Source: Myxococcota bacterium (GTDB lineage: Bacteria > Myxococcota_A > Polyangia > Polyangiales > Sandaracinaceae). Taken from it: a stretch of 61,285 bases of DNA. The stretch covers positions 1 through 61,285 of the forward strand of contig JAYZQJ010000254.1 in NCBI GenBank assembly GCA_036149055.1. The letters run 5' to 3'. Positions 23,815-32,945 of this stretch are shown one piece after another. The notes beneath the pieces were generated by a model that saw only the letters and a list, made by a program, of their open reading frames with translations, made no database searches and was not told where the DNA came from. A program made the position numbers and the translations under genes. Position 1 is the first letter of the stretch. Each line of letters starts with the position of its first letter.

Positions 23815-25419
23815 GTGCCGTCCACCGAGGACCCCTTGGCCGACGACGCGCACATCCGCTCTGCGGAGTCGAAGCTCGCTGCGCTCCGGGCCGGATACGC
23901 CGCCGGGCTCCGCGAGAAGCTGCGCGCCATCCAGGAGCGCCTGGACGCGGGCGATCCCGCCGAGGCCAAGGCGCTCGCCCACAAGGTGCGCGGCACCGCC
24001 GGCTCCTACGGCTACGCCCACGTCGGCGAGGCCGCCGGGCGCCTCGAGGACGCGCTCGAGGCAGGCGAGCTGCAGGTGGGCGAGCTGGCGCGCGCGCTGG
24101 CGACTCTGGCCGACGGCCTCGACGTGCCCGAGCCGGACGACGACGAGGAAGAGGGCGGCCCGGTGGTCCTGGTGCTCGAGCCCGACGACCAGGTGCGCCG
24201 GCGCTGCCTGGAGTCCACGCCGCCCGGCCCGCGGGTCCGGTTCGTGTCCGACCCCATGGAGGCGCTCGAGGCGGCGATGGACGAGGAGGTCGTCGGCGCG
24301 GTGCTCCCCGCCGGCGGAGGCGCGCGCGGGGGCTACGCGGTCGCCCGCTCGCTCCGCACCCTCGAGGGGCTCGCGCGGCTGCCCATCGCGTTCACCGGCG
24401 TCGAGGAGTCGGTCGAGGCGCGGGTGAAGGCGGTGCACGCGGGCGGCCGGGTCGTCTTCGCGGAGGGCGTCGGCCCCTCGGTGCTGCGCGCGGTCGGCGA
24501 GGTGTTCTCGGAGCCGGACGGCGACGCGCCGACCGTGCTGCTGGTCGACGACGATCCCGACATGGGCGAGGTGGTGCGGCCGATCGTGGAGCGGCGCGGC
24601 TGGCAGTTCGCGCACCTGCTCGATCCCGGGGACATCTTCAACGCCCTCGCGACCCACCACCCGGACGCGGTGCTGCTCGACGTGCGCATGGGCGCGATCG
24701 GCGGCTTCGACGTCTGCCGGGCGCTGCGGGCGAGCGCGCCGCATCGGGATCTGCCCATCCTGTTCCTCACCGCGAACGCCTCCGAGGAGGTGCGGGTCGC
24801 GTGCTTCGAGGCGGGCGGCGACGACTACCTCCAGAAGCCGGTGCTCCCGACCGAGCTGCTCGCGCGGCTCGAGGTGCGCATCGAGCGGCTCCGGCTGCTG
24901 AGGGATCGCGCCCGGCGCGACAGCCTGACCGGGCTGGCGATGCGCGGCGCGGCCTACGAGCGGATCGAGGCGGCGATGGCCCAGGCGGTGCGGCACGGGC
25001 GGCCCCTCGCCCTCGGCCTGCTGGACCTCGACCGCTTCAAGCAGATCAACGACGAGCTCGGCCACGTGGTCGGCGACCGGGTGCTGTCGGCGGTCGGGGC
25101 GCTGCTGCGCGACGCGCTGCGACCCCACGACGTCGCCGGGCGGTGGGGCGGCGAGGAGATCATCGTCGCCTTGCCCGACACCGGCGCGGGTGAAGGCAAG
25201 CGGGCCTTCGAGCGTCTGCTCGGCGCGGTGCGCGCCCTCGACATCCCCGGAGTCTCCGATCGCGAGGTGACCTTCAGCGGAGGGGTGGCGTACCTTTCGG
25301 TCGATGGAGACGATCTCAGGACGTTGCTGAACCGGGCCGACGCGAGGCTCTACGCCGCGAAGGCGGCGGGGCGCGCGCGGGTGGTCGACGCGGAGGCGGA
25401 CGAGGTGAAGACCCCATGA
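23815..25419 (+). CDS. HPt-REC-REC-GGDEF response regulator/diguanylate cyclase
   Basis: HPt AHKVRGTAGSYGY; degenerate first REC; REC VLLVDDD...LLDVRM; GRWGGEEI; start uncertain (23749 or 23815). Confidence 0.88.
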   Translation: MPSTEDPLADDAHIRSAESKLAALRAGYAAGLREKLRAIQERLDAGDPAEAKALAHKVRGTAGSYGYAHVGEAAGRLEDALEAGELQVGELARALATLADGLDVPEPDDDEEEGGPVVLVLEPDDQVRRRCLESTPPGPRVRFVSDPMEALEAAMDEEVVGAVLPAGGGARGGYAVARSLRTLEGLARLPIAFTGVEESVEARVKAVHAGGRVVFAEGVGPSVLRAVGEVFSEPDGDAPTVLLVDDDPDMGEVVRPIVERRGWQFAHLLDPGDIFNALATHHPDAVLLDVRMGAIGGFDVCRALRASAPHRDLPILFLTANASEEVRVACFEAGGDDYLQKPVLPTELLARLEVRIERLRLLRDRARRDSLTGLAMRGAAYERIEAAMAQAVRHGRPLALGLLDLDRFKQINDELGHVVGDRVLSAVGALLRDALRPHDVAGRWGGEEIIVALPDTGAGEGKRAFERLLGAVRALDIPGVSDREVTFSGGVAYLSVDGDDLRTLLNRADARLYAAKAAGRARVVDAEADEVKTP

Positions 25420-26795
25420 GGCACTGCTCGGACTGTGGCGCCGTGAGCCCGGACTCCGCGACGATCTGCGTCGTCTGCGGCGACGATCTCGCGGCCGGGA
25501 TCGGCAAGGAGCTGGTCGACGGCCGCTTCCTCACCCAGCACGAGGTCGGCCGCGGCGCGATGGGCGTGGTCTGGCAGGCGGAGGACGTCGCGCTCCGGCG
25601 CCCGGTCGCGCTCAAGTTCCTGGCTCCCCGGTACGTGCGGCGTCCCCAGGCGCTCCGGCGCTTCCAGCGGGAGGCGGCCGCGCTCGCCTCGATCCGCTCC
25701 GATCACGTGGCCCAGGTCTACTCGTTCGGCATCGACGGGCAGTCGTTCTTCTTCGCGATGGAGCTCGTGCTCGGTCAGAGCTGCGATCGCATCATCGAGC
25801 AGTACGAGCGCAACCGCGCCCACGTGCCGATCCACCGCGCGCTCGTGATCCTCCGCGAGGTCGCGCTCGGCCTCTCCGCCGTTCACGCGGCCGGGATCGT
25901 GCACCGCGACGTGAAGCCCGACAACGCCGTGGTCGAGCGCGGCAGCGGCCGCACGGTGCTGGTGGACTTCGGCCTCGCCGCCCCCGAGACCGGCTCGCGC
26001 GACAGCGGCACGGTGGGCACGCCCGCCTACATGGCCCCGGAGCAGATCCGCGGCGGCGAGCGCATCAGCCCGCGCACCGACGTCTACGGCCTCGGCTGCA
26101 CGGCCTTCCACCTGCTCACCAACCGGCTGGTGTTCGAGACCGACAAGGTCCCGGAGATGCTGCAGCAGCAGCTCGAGCAGACCCCGCGCGCGCTCTCGAG
26201 CCTCCGCCCGGAGCTGGCCCCCCTCGACGGGGTGGTGCAGCGCGCGCTCTCCAAGGATCCGGCGGATCGCTTCGCGTCGTGCGCGGAGATGGCGAGCGCG
26301 ATCGAGATCGCGGGGGCCCGCTGGCTCGCGCAGCCCGAGCCGCTGGTCGCCGAGCCGACCCAGGAGGACGCGGTGCCGGTCGCGGCGCGCATCCTCGTGG
26401 TGGACGACGACGACGACTTCGCCAAGCTCTCGGTGCGCGCCGCCCAGCTGGCCTTCTTCGGCACCGCGGCCCGGGTGGCGAGGGCCAAGTCGGGCGAGGA
26501 GGCGCTGGCCAACGCGGCCCGCAAGCCGCCGTCGCTGGTGCTCCTCGACTACCAGATGCCGGGCATGGACGGCGTCGAGACCCTCTCGCGCCTCCGGGAG
26601 CTGCGCGGCGCGAGCCGGGCCCGGGTGGTCGTGATCAGCGCGACGGCGGGCGAGGAGGAGCGCTGGCGCTTCGACGCGCTCGGCATCGACGGCTTCCTCC
26701 GCAAGCCGATCGAGCTGCGCGAGCTGGTGGACGTGATCACCGCGATCGGTCGGGCCCGGGGCTGGATCCCGGTCGACGAGGAGCCGGCGCAGTGA
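25416..26795 (+). CDS. Ser/Thr protein kinase with N-terminal zinc ribbon and C-terminal REC
   Basis: CSDC...CVVC; GRGAMG, VALK, HRDVKPDN, DFG, YMAPE; ILVVDDD...LLDYQMP. Confidence 0.93.
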   Translation: MRHCSDCGAVSPDSATICVVCGDDLAAGIGKELVDGRFLTQHEVGRGAMGVVWQAEDVALRRPVALKFLAPRYVRRPQALRRFQREAAALASIRSDHVAQVYSFGIDGQSFFFAMELVLGQSCDRIIEQYERNRAHVPIHRALVILREVALGLSAVHAAGIVHRDVKPDNAVVERGSGRTVLVDFGLAAPETGSRDSGTVGTPAYMAPEQIRGGERISPRTDVYGLGCTAFHLLTNRLVFETDKVPEMLQQQLEQTPRALSSLRPELAPLDGVVQRALSKDPADRFASCAEMASAIEIAGARWLAQPEPLVAEPTQEDAVPVAARILVVDDDDDFAKLSVRAAQLAFFGTAARVARAKSGEEALANAARKPPSLVLLDYQMPGMDGVETLSRLRELRGASRARVVVISATAGEEERWRFDALGIDGFLRKPIELRELVDVITAIGRARGWIPVDEEPAQ

Positions 26796-26808
26796 AGGGG
26801 CGGGGACG

Positions 26809-28341
26809 GTGAAGAGGCCCGACCCGCACCCGCGCGAGGCGGAGCGGCTCGTCGCCCTCGAGTCCTACGACGTCCTCGACACCGACGCCGAGGCCGCCTT
26901 CGACGACATCGCCCAGATCGCCGCGCACGTCTGCGGGACGCCGATCGCGCTCATCTCGCTCGTCGACGAGGGGCGCCAGTGGTTCAAGGCCAAGGTCGGG
27001 CTCGACGCGCCCGAGACGCCGCGGGACGTGGCCTTCTGCGCCCACGCGATCCACCGGCCCGAGGTCATGGTGGTCGAGGACGCGCGCGACGACGAGCGCT
27101 TCCACGACAACCCGCTCGTCACCGGCCCGCCGAACGTCATCTTCTACGCTGGCGCGCCGCTCGTGACCGACGACGGGCTGCCCCTCGGCACGCTCTGCGT
27201 CATCGACGAGAAGCCCCGCGCCCTCGACCCGGCGCAGCGGGAGGCGCTCGAGCGGCTCGGCCGTCAGGTGATGCGCATGCTCGAGCTGCGGGCGCGCAAC
27301 GAGGAGCTCGCCGACGCGCACCGCGCACTCGCCCGGAGCGAGTCCCACTTCCGGGTCCTCGCCGAGGTCGCCGAGGAGGGGGTGGCCGTCAGCCGCGGCG
27401 GCCGGGTCGTCGACTGCAACCAGGCCCTCGAGCGGATCCTCGGCCGGCCCCGCAACGAGGTCATCGGCCTGCGGCCGTCGGAGGTCGTCGTCCCGTCCGA
27501 GATCGAGCGGGTGTCCCGCAAGATCCGCACGGGCGAGGACGGCACCTACGACACCTGGCTCGTGCGGCCGAGCGGCGACCATCTCCCGGTGCGCATCGTC
27601 GCGCGTCAGCTCGACGAGACGACGCGGGTGACGCTCGTGCGCGACCGGACCGAGGAGGAGCAGCTCGACCGGCTCAAGGATCAGCTGATCTCGACGATCA
27701 GCCACGAGCTGAGGACGCCCCTGACCTCGATCCGCGGCGCGCTCGGTCTGGTCGAGGGCGGGGCGGCGGGGGAGCTGCCCGACAAGGCGCGCGAGATGGT
27801 GCGCATCGCCAAGCGCAACGGCGATCGGCTCGCGCGCCTGGTCGACCAGATCCTCGACGCGGAGCGGCTGCGGAGCGGCCACCTCAGCATCGACATGCAG
27901 CCCCACCAGCCCCGCGCGCTGGTCGCGGAGACGCTCGAGGACCTCGCCAAGCCCGATCAGGTCGAGCTCGACGACCGGCTGCCGGCGGGGGTGCAGGTCC
28001 ACGTGGACGGCGACCGCATCGTGCAGGTGATCACGAACCTGATCGCGAACGCGCTCAAGCACGGCCCCGACGACGCCCCGGTGACGGTGCGGCTCGAGCA
28101 GCGCGACGACCGGGTGCGCTTCTCCATCGCGGACCGCGGCCCCGGCATCCCCCTCGAGGATCGCGGCCGGCTCTTCCAGCGCTTCACGCAGCTCGACGCG
28201 ACCGACGCTCGGGCCAAGGGTGGGAGCGGCCTGGGCCTCGCGATCTCCAAGGCGCTCGTCGACGCGCACGACGGCGACGTCGGCGTGGAGTGCCCGCCCG
28301 AGGGCGGCTGCGTGTTCTGGTTCGAGCTACCGTCGGCGTGA
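26809..28341 (+). CDS. GAF-PAS sensor histidine kinase
   Basis: RQWFKA...FYAGAPL GAF; PAS-like segment; SHELRTPL; NALKH; GSGLGL. Confidence 0.93.
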   Translation: MKRPDPHPREAERLVALESYDVLDTDAEAAFDDIAQIAAHVCGTPIALISLVDEGRQWFKAKVGLDAPETPRDVAFCAHAIHRPEVMVVEDARDDERFHDNPLVTGPPNVIFYAGAPLVTDDGLPLGTLCVIDEKPRALDPAQREALERLGRQVMRMLELRARNEELADAHRALARSESHFRVLAEVAEEGVAVSRGGRVVDCNQALERILGRPRNEVIGLRPSEVVVPSEIERVSRKIRTGEDGTYDTWLVRPSGDHLPVRIVARQLDETTRVTLVRDRTEEEQLDRLKDQLISTISHELRTPLTSIRGALGLVEGGAAGELPDKAREMVRIAKRNGDRLARLVDQILDAERLRSGHLSIDMQPHQPRALVAETLEDLAKPDQVELDDRLPAGVQVHVDGDRIVQVITNLIANALKHGPDDAPVTVRLEQRDDRVRFSIADRGPGIPLEDRGRLFQRFTQLDATDARAKGGSGLGLAISKALVDAHDGDVGVECPPEGGCVFWFELPSA

Positions 28342-28410
28342 CCCGACGGGTGTGGGTCCGGCCCCACGGCGCTCCCCGGCGAATGGGTCCCCTCCCGAGG
28401 GCGCGGCGGC

Positions 28411-28426
28411 TGGCACGGTGACTGCT
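28411..28426 (+). promoter_or_regulatory. Sigma54-type promoter pointing antisense into the sigma54 activator gene
   Basis: (C)TGGCAC-GGTGA-CTGCT in a convergent intergenic gap. Confidence 0.45.
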
Positions 28427-28451
28427 CTACCGCAGCGCGATGGCGGCCGGA

Positions 28452-29792
28452 TCAGCGCAGCTTGTGCTTGCGGAGCATGTCCCACAGGTGGGATCGGTCC
28501 ATCGCGCAGTCCCGCGCCGCCTGCGAGACGTTGCCGTCCGCCCGCTCGAGGATGTGCGGCAGGTAGTGGGCCTCGAACTGCTGGAGCACGTTGGCCCGAG
28601 CCTCCTTGTAGGGGAGGTCCAGCACCGCGTTGACCGGGATGCTCGGCCCCGTCGGCGCGCCGCCCGGGTCGCTCGACTCCATCAGATCGGCCTCGAGCTC
28701 GGGCGTCTCGCCCATCGCGACGGTGGCCTCGACGTAGTTGCGGAGCTCGCGCACGTTGCCGGGCCAGTGATGGCGCTGCAGGCCGGCCATCACCGCGGGC
28801 GGGACCACCTCGCCGACCGGCGCGGTCTCGCCGGCCTCGCGCAGGAAGTGCTCGATCAGGATCGGGATGTCCTCGGGCCGCTCGCGGAGGGATGGCACCG
28901 CGAAGCGGACCACCGCGAGGCGGTAGTACAGGTCGAGGCGGAAGGTGCCCGCGTTGACCTCCGCGCGCAGGTCGCGGTTGGTGGCCGAGACGACGCGCAC
29001 GTCGACCTCGATCTCGTCGCGGCCGCCGAGCCGACGGAACCTGCGCCGCTCGAGCACGCCGAGGAGGTTGGGCTGCAGCTGCTCGGGCAGCTCTCCGATC
29101 TCGTCGAGGAAGATCGTGCCCCCGTCCGCGCGCTCGAAGGCGCCCTGATGACGGCGGTCGGCGCCGGTGAAGGCGCCCTTCTCGTGACCGAAGAGCTCGC
29201 TGGCGACCAGGGTCGGCGTGAGCGAGGCGCAGTCGACGACGATGAAGGGGCCGTCGGCGCGCTTGGAGTTCTCGTGCACCGCGCGAGCGAACAGCTCCTT
29301 GCCCGTGCCGGACTCGCCGACGAGCAGGCAGGGCACCTCGCTGGCGGCCGCCTTGCGGACGCGACCGAAGAGCTTGCGCATCGCGGGGTTGCTCCCCTTG
29401 AGCGCGCCGAGCTCCTCGTCGAGCGCGACCTCGACCGACACCCGGTTGCCGTCCTCCACCCGGATCGCGGTGCGCCCGATCCGGATCTCGGTGCCCGCCG
29501 GGACCACCGCGCGCTCGATGCGCGCCTGCCCCAGGAACGTGCCGTTGGTCGAGCCGTGATCCTGGACGAGGATCCCGTCCTCGCGTCGGATCAGCTCGAG
29601 GTGGAACCGGGAGACGGTGGGATCCGACGAGAGCTGCAGATCGTTGCCGTCCGCGCTCCCGATGTGGAGCCCCTCGTCTTCGATCTCGACCGTCTCGCCG
29701 GCCTGGTCCCCGTCCACGACCACGACGCGCAGCGCCTGGAGGGGGCGGATCGATTCCTCGGGGTAGGGGAGAGTCTTTTTTCCTGCGCTCAC
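28452..29792 (-). CDS. FHA-domain sigma54-dependent activator (EBP)
   Basis: FHA VSRFH...[36 protein letters not shown]; Fis-type HTH; start approximate. Confidence 0.93.
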   Translation of the reverse strand: MSAGKKTLPYPEESIRPLQALRVVVVDGDQAGETVEIEDEGLHIGSADGNDLQLSSDPTVSRFHLELIRREDGILVQDHGSTNGTFLGQARIERAVVPAGTEIRIGRTAIRVEDGNRVSVEVALDEELGALKGSNPAMRKLFGRVRKAAASEVPCLLVGESGTGKELFARAVHENSKRADGPFIVVDCASLTPTLVASELFGHEKGAFTGADRRHQGAFERADGGTIFLDEIGELPEQLQPNLLGVLERRRFRRLGGRDEIEVDVRVVSATNRDLRAEVNAGTFRLDLYYRLAVVRFAVPSLRERPEDIPILIEHFLREAGETAPVGEVVPPAVMAGLQRHHWPGNVRELRNYVEATVAMGETPELEADLMESSDPGGAPTGPSIPVNAVLDLPYKEARANVLQQFEAHYLPHILERADGNVSQAARDCAMDRSHLWDMLRKHKLR

Positions 29793-29862
29793 GTGGCGTT
29801 TTTCTCCGGGGCGAACGATACGAGGCGCGTGCGCTTTGTTCAATCGACGATACGGAGGCGAC

Positions 29863-31620
29863 ATGGCTGACTCCACGCGCCCCGCTTTTCCGCTGAGACT
29901 GAAGCTCGGCTTGCTCGCCGCGCTCCTCGCGACGACGCCGCTGCCGGTGGTGGGCTTCGTGCTCATCGCCGTCGCGCAGGGCGCGATCGAGCATCAGAGC
30001 CGGGAGCTGCAGCTCGCGGTGGCCGACGACGTGGCCGCGGCCATCGCCGCCCAGCTCGGCGCGGCCGAGGACGGCCTCGACACGGTGGGGCGCCTCCTCA
30101 CCGACGGCGATCTGCCGGACGCCCAGGCGGTGGCCGCGGCGATGCGCACGGTCGAAGGCGAGGCGGCGCTCGATCACGTCGCGATCTACGCGGCGGACGG
30201 CGCGCTCATCGACGTGGTGCGCGAGCGGGGCGCGGCCGAGCTCGACACGCCGGAGCGCATGGACGCGACCCTGCTCGGGCGCGCCACCGAGCGCGGCGTG
30301 GCCCTCGGCGTGGCGACGCCCGGCGAGGTGGCTCCCCGGGTCCCGCTCGCGGTGCCGCTCCGTCCGACGCCGGTGTCGCCGCCCACCGGCTTCGCGGTCT
30401 CGTTCGTCTCTCTCGAGGGGCTGCAGCGCCGCGTCGAGCGCCTCGCCGACCACCGCTTCGGGCAGATCGAGGGCGCGGTCATGGTGGTCGATCCCGACGC
30501 CCGGGTGCTCGCTCACTCCGACGGGCCGGTCGCGCCGGATCACGCGGTCGGCGGCCACCCGCTGCTCTCGACCCTCGAGGGCGCGCGCTTCGACTCGGCG
30601 TTCGCGCACCAGCGGGTCTTCGAGGGCGCGGCCGAGGAGCGGCTCGGCACCCTGGTGAGCGTGCCCGAGCGAGGCTGGGGCGTGATGGTGCAGGTGCCGA
30701 CCCGGGTCGCCTTCGCCTCGATCCACAAGATGCGCTGGGTGGTCGGCGGGGTCTCGGTCGCGGTCGTGCTCGTCGCCCTCCTGATCGGGCTCTGGATCGC
30801 GCGCACCCTCACCGCGCCGATCGCCTCGCTGGTGGAGCTGGCCCACAAGATCGGCCGGCGCGAGCTCGGCGCCACCGCGCGGGTCTGGACCAACGACGAG
30901 CTGCGGGTGCTCGGAGACGCGATGAGCCAGGCGTCCACCGACCTCGCGGCGTCGGAGGCGCGCATCCGGGAGGAGGAGGCCATCCGCACCGACCTCGGCC
31001 GCTACCTGCCGAAGGAGATCGTCGAGCGGGTGGTCGACCGCGAGCAGGACATGCGCCTCGGCGGCGCGCGCCGGGAGGTGACGGTGCTCTTCGCCGACGT
31101 GGTCAGCTTCACGCCGCTCACCGAGAGCCACGCGCCCGAGGACGTCGTCACGATCCTCAACGAGCTGTTCACCATCCTGACCGAGATCGTCTTCCGCCAC
31201 GGCGGCACGGTCGACAAGTTCGTCGGCGACGCGGTGATGGCCATCTGGAACGCGCCGAGCGACCAGCCCGACCACGCCGAGCGGGCGCTGGGCGCGGCCG
31301 AGGACATGCTGCGGTGGCTCGAGACGGGCAACGCGACCTGGCGCGAGCGCTACGGCGTCAGCGTGCAGCTCGCGATCGGCGTGCACACGGGGGAGGCGGT
31401 GGTGGGCAACATCGGGAGCGAGACGCGCATGGCCTACACCGCGATCGGCGACGTGGTGAACGTCGCCGCCCGCCTCGAGGCGATCGCGCGCCCGCAGCAG
31501 ATCCTGGTCTCGGCCGCGACGAAGGAGGCGGCCGGCGACCTCTTCGAGTACATCGACGCCGGAGAGCGCGAGCTCTCGGGTCGCAAGGACACGGTCCACC
31601 TGTACGAGGTGCACGCATGA
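29863..31620 (+). CDS. Membrane adenylate cyclase (class III) with periplasmic sensor and HAMP
   Basis: FADVVSFT, VDKFVGDAVM, YTAIGDVVNVAARLE; two TM helices; SD GGAGG. Confidence 0.92.
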   Translation: MADSTRPAFPLRLKLGLLAALLATTPLPVVGFVLIAVAQGAIEHQSRELQLAVADDVAAAIAAQLGAAEDGLDTVGRLLTDGDLPDAQAVAAAMRTVEGEAALDHVAIYAADGALIDVVRERGAAELDTPERMDATLLGRATERGVALGVATPGEVAPRVPLAVPLRPTPVSPPTGFAVSFVSLEGLQRRVERLADHRFGQIEGAVMVVDPDARVLAHSDGPVAPDHAVGGHPLLSTLEGARFDSAFAHQRVFEGAAEERLGTLVSVPERGWGVMVQVPTRVAFASIHKMRWVVGGVSVAVVLVALLIGLWIARTLTAPIASLVELAHKIGRRELGATARVWTNDELRVLGDAMSQASTDLAASEARIREEEAIRTDLGRYLPKEIVERVVDREQDMRLGGARREVTVLFADVVSFTPLTESHAPEDVVTILNELFTILTEIVFRHGGTVDKFVGDAVMAIWNAPSDQPDHAERALGAAEDMLRWLETGNATWRERYGVSVQLAIGVHTGEAVVGNIGSETRMAYTAIGDVVNVAARLEAIARPQQILVSAATKEAAGDLFEYIDAGERELSGRKDTVHLYEVHA

Positions 31621-32945
31621 GCCCCTTCCCCACCTGGAAGCCCGGAGACCGCATCGCGGATCGCTTCTCGCTCGTCGAGGAGCTCGGCGTCGGCGGCATG
31701 GGCGCGGTGTGGCGCGCCACGCAGCTCAACCTGGGCCGCGACCTGGCGCTCAAGCTCCTGCTCCCCGAGTACGCGGCGTCGCCGGGGGCCCGCGCGCGCT
31801 TCGAGCGAGAGGCGCGGGTGGCCTCGGCGCTCAAGCACCCGAACGCCGTGCAGATCTACGACTTCGGCGAGGACGACGGCCAGCTCTTCATCGCGATGGA
31901 GCTGCTCGAGGGGGTGACCCTCCGATCGATCGTCGACGAGCACCTCCCGCCGCAGCCGCTCGAGCGCACGCTCCGGATCCTCTCGCAGATCGCCGAGGTG
32001 CTCTTGGTCGCGCACGAGATGCACCTCGTGCACCGCGATCTGAAGCCCGAGAACGTCTTCCTCGAGCGCACGCCGCAGGGCCAGGAGCGGGTGGTGGTCG
32101 TCGACTTCGGCCTGGCGTTCATCCGGGGGCGCAAGGACAGCGGGCGGCTCACCCGCGAGGGCGTCGCCATGGGCACGCCGGACTACATGTCGCCCGAGCA
32201 GGCGGCGGGCGACGACGACGTGGGCTCGCCCGCCGACGTCTACTCGCTCGGCTGCATCCTGTACGAGATGCTGACGACCCAGGTGCCCTTCCGAGGCAAC
32301 TCGGTGCAGGTCATCACCCAGCAGCTCTTCAGCGCGCCCACCCCGCCGAGCGAGGCGCGCAAGGATCTCCGCATCCCGCGCGAGCTCGAGGAGCTCTGCC
32401 TGCGCATGCTGTCGAAGCGCGCGGCCGAGCGCCCGGCGATGGACGTCGTGCACGGCCTGCTGAGCCACCTCGATCCGTCGGCCGAGAAGCGCGAGCGCGG
32501 TCGCGACGGCGTGTTCCTCGAGGGGCGGGCGGCGCGCATGATCTCGACGGTCCGGCCGGCGAAGAACGCGCGCACGCTCTCGGACCCCTACGCCACGCCG
32601 GACGGGGTGGAGCCGGTGCAGCTCGCGGTGGTCGGGGAGCTGGCCGGGGAGCTGGGGCTCGGGCTCGGCGCGAACGGGCTGATCGCGTTCATCGTGTCGC
32701 CCGATCAGCCGATCGACGGCGCCGACGCGATCTTCGCCCCCGGCGCGGGGAAGGAGGCGCTCGAGGCGCTCGCGGCGCACGGCGTGCCGCTGGTGACCGA
32801 CGCCGAGACGGGGGACATGGGCCGGGTGACGGAGCTGCTCCGCGCCGGCGTCGACGAGGTGGTGCACCGGCCGATCCGCGCCGAGGACCTCTCGAAGAAG
32901 GTGTGGCGCGCGATCCGCCGTCACCGCAGGAGGAAGACCGGATGA
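31617..32945 (+). CDS. Ser/Thr protein kinase
   Basis: GVGGMG, ALK, HRDLKPEN, DFG, YMSPE; degenerate REC-like C-terminus. Confidence 0.93.
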   Translation: MSPFPTWKPGDRIADRFSLVEELGVGGMGAVWRATQLNLGRDLALKLLLPEYAASPGARARFEREARVASALKHPNAVQIYDFGEDDGQLFIAMELLEGVTLRSIVDEHLPPQPLERTLRILSQIAEVLLVAHEMHLVHRDLKPENVFLERTPQGQERVVVVDFGLAFIRGRKDSGRLTREGVAMGTPDYMSPEQAAGDDDVGSPADVYSLGCILYEMLTTQVPFRGNSVQVITQQLFSAPTPPSEARKDLRIPRELEELCLRMLSKRAAERPAMDVVHGLLSHLDPSAEKRERGRDGVFLEGRAARMISTVRPAKNARTLSDPYATPDGVEPVQLAVVGELAGELGLGLGANGLIAFIVSPDQPIDGADAIFAPGAGKEALEALAAHGVPLVTDAETGDMGRVTELLRAGVDEVVHRPIRAEDLSKKVWRAIRRHRRRKTG

